In this document: positions 60,638 through 64,000 of the stretch, piece after piece
How positions within the stretch are numbered: the first letter of the stretch is position 1
How the letters are laid out: every line of letters begins with the position of its first letter
Source: Camelus dromedarius
Taxonomy: Eukaryota
Length of the DNA stretch: 64,000 nucleotides
Assembly (NCBI RefSeq): GCF_036321535.1
Contig: NC_087447.1
Coordinates: 33,110,001-33,174,000, forward strand
Direction: 5' to 3'
Position numbers and translations under genes: made by a program
The notes under the pieces: model-generated
Told to the model about the DNA's origin: nothing
The model's database searches: none
The model's input: the letters and a program-made list of their open reading frames with translations, nothing else

Positions 60638-63589
60638 TCCTATTGAACCCAGGGGAGAGGAGGGAGAAGATGGTGGCAATTCTAATGAAGAAAGAGAAGA
60701 TGATCAAGAGAAATAAACAGTAACTCAGATGGAAGAGAAGTGGTCCTCCCATCACAGAGAGCCAAGGAGCAGAGTGGAAGGGTCTCTGAGATGAGCTGTT
60801 CCTACTATTATTCCTTATACTTTTTGGTTCATCTTAAATATTTCTTCTCTATAAATAACAGGGTTTATAGGAAAAATGGGGTTAAAGGCAGACAATTAAA
60901 ACCCTAGGCAACCTTTAACCAGAGCACTAGCAAAAATAATGATGGCTATTTCAGGATATAACTTAATCAGCCCTGAGGCAGGCAGCTTAGCATGGCTGGG
61001 GCTACTCAGGATACAATTTTAAAAATGCATTAAAACAAACAAAAAATATTTATAAATAAAATTTTAAATAAAAAATGCTATTAGTAATTACCAATGTGTG
61101 TCTGTGTTTGAGTGTGAAGGATAGTCAGAGGCTAAAATCATAGTCAAAACAGCAAATCCATGAAAATTACACATGTTTAAATTGAGTAAGTTATTTAAAA
61201 TCAGTATGTTAAGATAAAAGGACCTTATGTCCCAAAGAGACTCTGTTAATACATGCAGGGAAAAGATGGCCTTTCCATTGGTAGCACAGCTCAAACAGAA
61301 CATGAATCAGGTAACAAACACTACAGAAACAGAAATGTGTAAGTTTCTTTTGTTTCCATGAAAACACACTATTAGTTGAGTTTCTTTTGCCTTGAAACAC
61401 AACATCCATTGCTCAAAACTTGCTAAAATATGCATAAATAAATTACTTTCCCCGAAAGCTCCATTTGTTTCCTTTAAACAAAAGAATAAGGAGACTTCAA
61501 ATGTTATGATTACACAGACACAGATATGAGTGCCAATTGTGGAGTATCAGAAAAACACAAATTGCTAATGGGGTCCAGAGTCTAGTGTAGCTAAAAAAAA
61601 ATCCTGTCTCCTTTTCACTGTTATTCAGGAACAAAAGGGGACATGATAAAATTAAAACATACCACACACTGAAAAGTGATTTAAAATAAAAAAACTCTTC
61701 CCATTCCGAATAATTAACCTAGAGAACACCGTGTCAGATGATATTTACAAATAGCAGATATTTCAAACAACTCCCAGGATCTAAAGAAGTATTCGCTGAG
61801 AAAAATGTCTTCAAACCAGGAATAGAAATTAGTTCCCAGCTGAGGACACTGAGTGTTTCCCACATGGTACAACACTGCAGTTTTTGATTCTTTAAATCAT
61901 CCCCTGAAGCTTTTCTCTGTCCTCATTTAAAAAGAGGAGGGCAGACTTCCATAAGCATCCTTTGTATTCTTTGAAGAGATAAATGTGCTTATACGTAATA
62001 AAATCCAAATGCAGTTTTCTTCAAAGAAAAAGAAAGAACGTCCTTGTTGTTGGGGGTGACATGCAAATTAACTAGCAGGGTAAGAGGCATCTGGGAAACT
62101 GCTAAAACCATAGGGAATAATTGGGTTCTGATTGTTAGGTCTTGGGACCTCATCCAGTCCTGATAGTTGATCACAGAGCAGATAACCTGAGTATGAAAAC
62201 CAGACACAGCAGGTGGCTCAAGGAGGAGGGATACGGATGCTGCTACTACAAGTAACAGGAGAACGAATGGTGCTGGGCTGAGCTGTTCTGCTTAACTGTC
62301 CACCAAACAAGCATGCGTACATTTTGACAATTATCTCAAGATGGGCTGTAGGCAGAGCCCCACCGAGCACTAAAGATGCCAGAGAGGACAGATGTTTCCC
62401 CTCTCCACACCTGGATGACTAGAGCATGGAGCTGTGACTTCAGCAGACAATTAGATGCCCTCTCTCAGGGCCCTGGGCTCTTGGTAAGTGAATCAAAGAC
62501 ATCGGCCAATCTGACTTATACACTGTGGTAGGAATGTAGATTTGAGACTCCAGTGGCACGATGCTGAGTGTCCAGGGCTGTCAAAACCAGATACACAGTT
62601 CCACGTGTTCAAGTGTAACAGCGGCACCCATGGCATCCTAACAGACCATTCCTAAGGCAAGACCTTGGACGCGCAGGTACTGCCTTGGTTCACATCTCCC
62701 GTCTACCTCCTGTTAGATCTTTCTAACACATTTATTTTCTGCTTAAGTTAATCCTAGTCAAGTCTATTAGCACCAGTGGAGAATTAGAGGATCTAGAATG
62801 TAGAGCCTAAGTAGGCAGCTTCAGGGAAGATGGTCAACAAGCAAAGGGGTTGAAACCCTAAGGACTTAGGGTGTCTGAAAAGAGTAAGTCAGGGCCTCAG
62901 TTCTAGGGGATACAGAGTAATGGTAAGTTATCAAGATGGGGATGGGCAGCAAAACCAAAATCCAGCTTATTAAATGCTGTGAGAGAGCCAGGATTGAACC
63001 GAGGCATGAGATCAAAGCCAGGCCAGAAGCATTCTGAATATGAAGCTGAGTACAAAAAAGCATAATAATCACGATGTGACCTTGGGCAAGTCAAGTACCC
63101 GTTCAATTCCTCCATTTCTCAGTCTGTCAATAACGTTACTACCAGATGTCCAAACTCGGAAAACAAACACCCTTCGTTTTCTGAACAACATGAAAGTACA
63201 AATCTTTCTGGAAGAATAAAAAAAACACCCTGATGAAAACTAAGATTTTATTACCATTTAATGAATAAATATGAATATAATAAAACAGATCTAAACCAAA
63301 AATGGCCTGCTCGCTCAGTCCCATGATACTTATTAGAAAGTTTGAATGAAATGTCAAGAGGATATGAGGACTGAAAAGGTATTTTCCAAATACAGACAAT
63401 AATCATGTCATAGTACAATGTGTTCACTTACTATGGAGATGTGTTAATTTACTAGGGAGAATCTTAAGACACCACATGATGAAACTAAGAACCAAGGTAA
63501 AAATATGGAATGTCAAGGTGGCAGAATCGTATCCAGAATTCAGGTGATTAGGCATTTATATAAAGTATAACTGGAAAAGAAAAATAGGT

Positions 63590-63850
63590 AAAATTCATAT
63601 AGGATGGCCAGGTACTGTTTTAACCACTAACTTAACCCTCAGCCCTCATTTAATCCTTATTTAACCCTTCTAACTATACTATGTGGTAGGTCTACTACTA
63701 TACTCCCCTTTTAAAAAATAAAACTGAGGCAGAGAGAGGTTCAAGTAATGGTCCAAGTCCACAAAGCTAGTAAGGGGGTGCAGGTGGCATCTGGAACCCA
63801 GCAGCCTAACTCCAGAGCTGATGCTCTAACCTACTACATCATACTGCTTC
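63590..63850 (-). mobile_element. MIR SINE
   Basis: gccaggtactgttttaa...catttaatcctt...aaactgaggcagagagaggttcaagtaa...ctccagagctgatgctctaacc. Confidence 0.8.
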
Positions 63851-64000
63851 TCAAAAGAAGAAAAAATATTCCTGCAGAGCAAGGACATCAGAAACTTGAA
63901 GTCCAAATTGAACCACACACATATATAACCAATTTAAGGCTGCAGTTTTCATTTGAGGCAGAGACAATTTGGTTCCTCATGTCTCAGCAAAAACTGTTAT

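Larger units (their letters stand above)
35022..64000 (-). other. NELL1: NELL1 intron upstream of the exon (continues beyond window end)
   Basis: AG acceptor at 35023-35022. No preceding EGF exon was seen, and the sequence is repeat-rich. Confidence 0.8.

Noticed and set aside
1..64000. CRISPR arrays, operons, intact transposase/RT/ERV genes, NUMTs, processed pseudogenes, intact tRNA/rRNA genes
   Set aside because: None seen. The window is eukaryotic intronic DNA and all mobile elements are non-autonomous fossils. Very diverged short features could have been missed by eye.

Overview
Mammalian (eutherian) nuclear DNA, almost entirely intronic. There is one protein-coding exon, on the minus strand at 34899-35021 (123 nt, phase 1-1, canonical AG/GT). 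It encodes the EGF-like repeat EHDECGSGQHNCDENAICTNTVPGHSCTCKPGYVGNGTTCR, which I recognise as NELL1. The window therefore covers parts of two very large NELL1 introns. The rest is a typical repeat landscape: a near-complete HAL1-like element, L1 3' ends, L2, L3/CR1, MIR, MaLR/ERVL/ERV1 solo LTRs, hAT and Tigger MITEs, and microsatellites. I saw no Alu, B1/B2, Bov-A, PRE-1 or CHR-2 SINEs. A vic-1-like tRNA SINE and the style of the L1 3' ends suggest a camelid (inference). I found no evidence of a new gene system, and the ORF-track ORFs look spurious or repeat-derived. The most interesting signals are structural: (1) a 132-bp inverted copy of nearby sequence inserted into an MLT2 LTR; (2) a 79-bp dispersed direct duplication; (3) three 5'-inverted (twin-primed) L1 insertions; (4) a tRNA SINE lacking its anticodon arm; (5) microsatellites arising at the same L1 site in several copies. 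Repeat subfamily names come from recalled consensus sequences, and boundaries are approximate unless a TSD is given.
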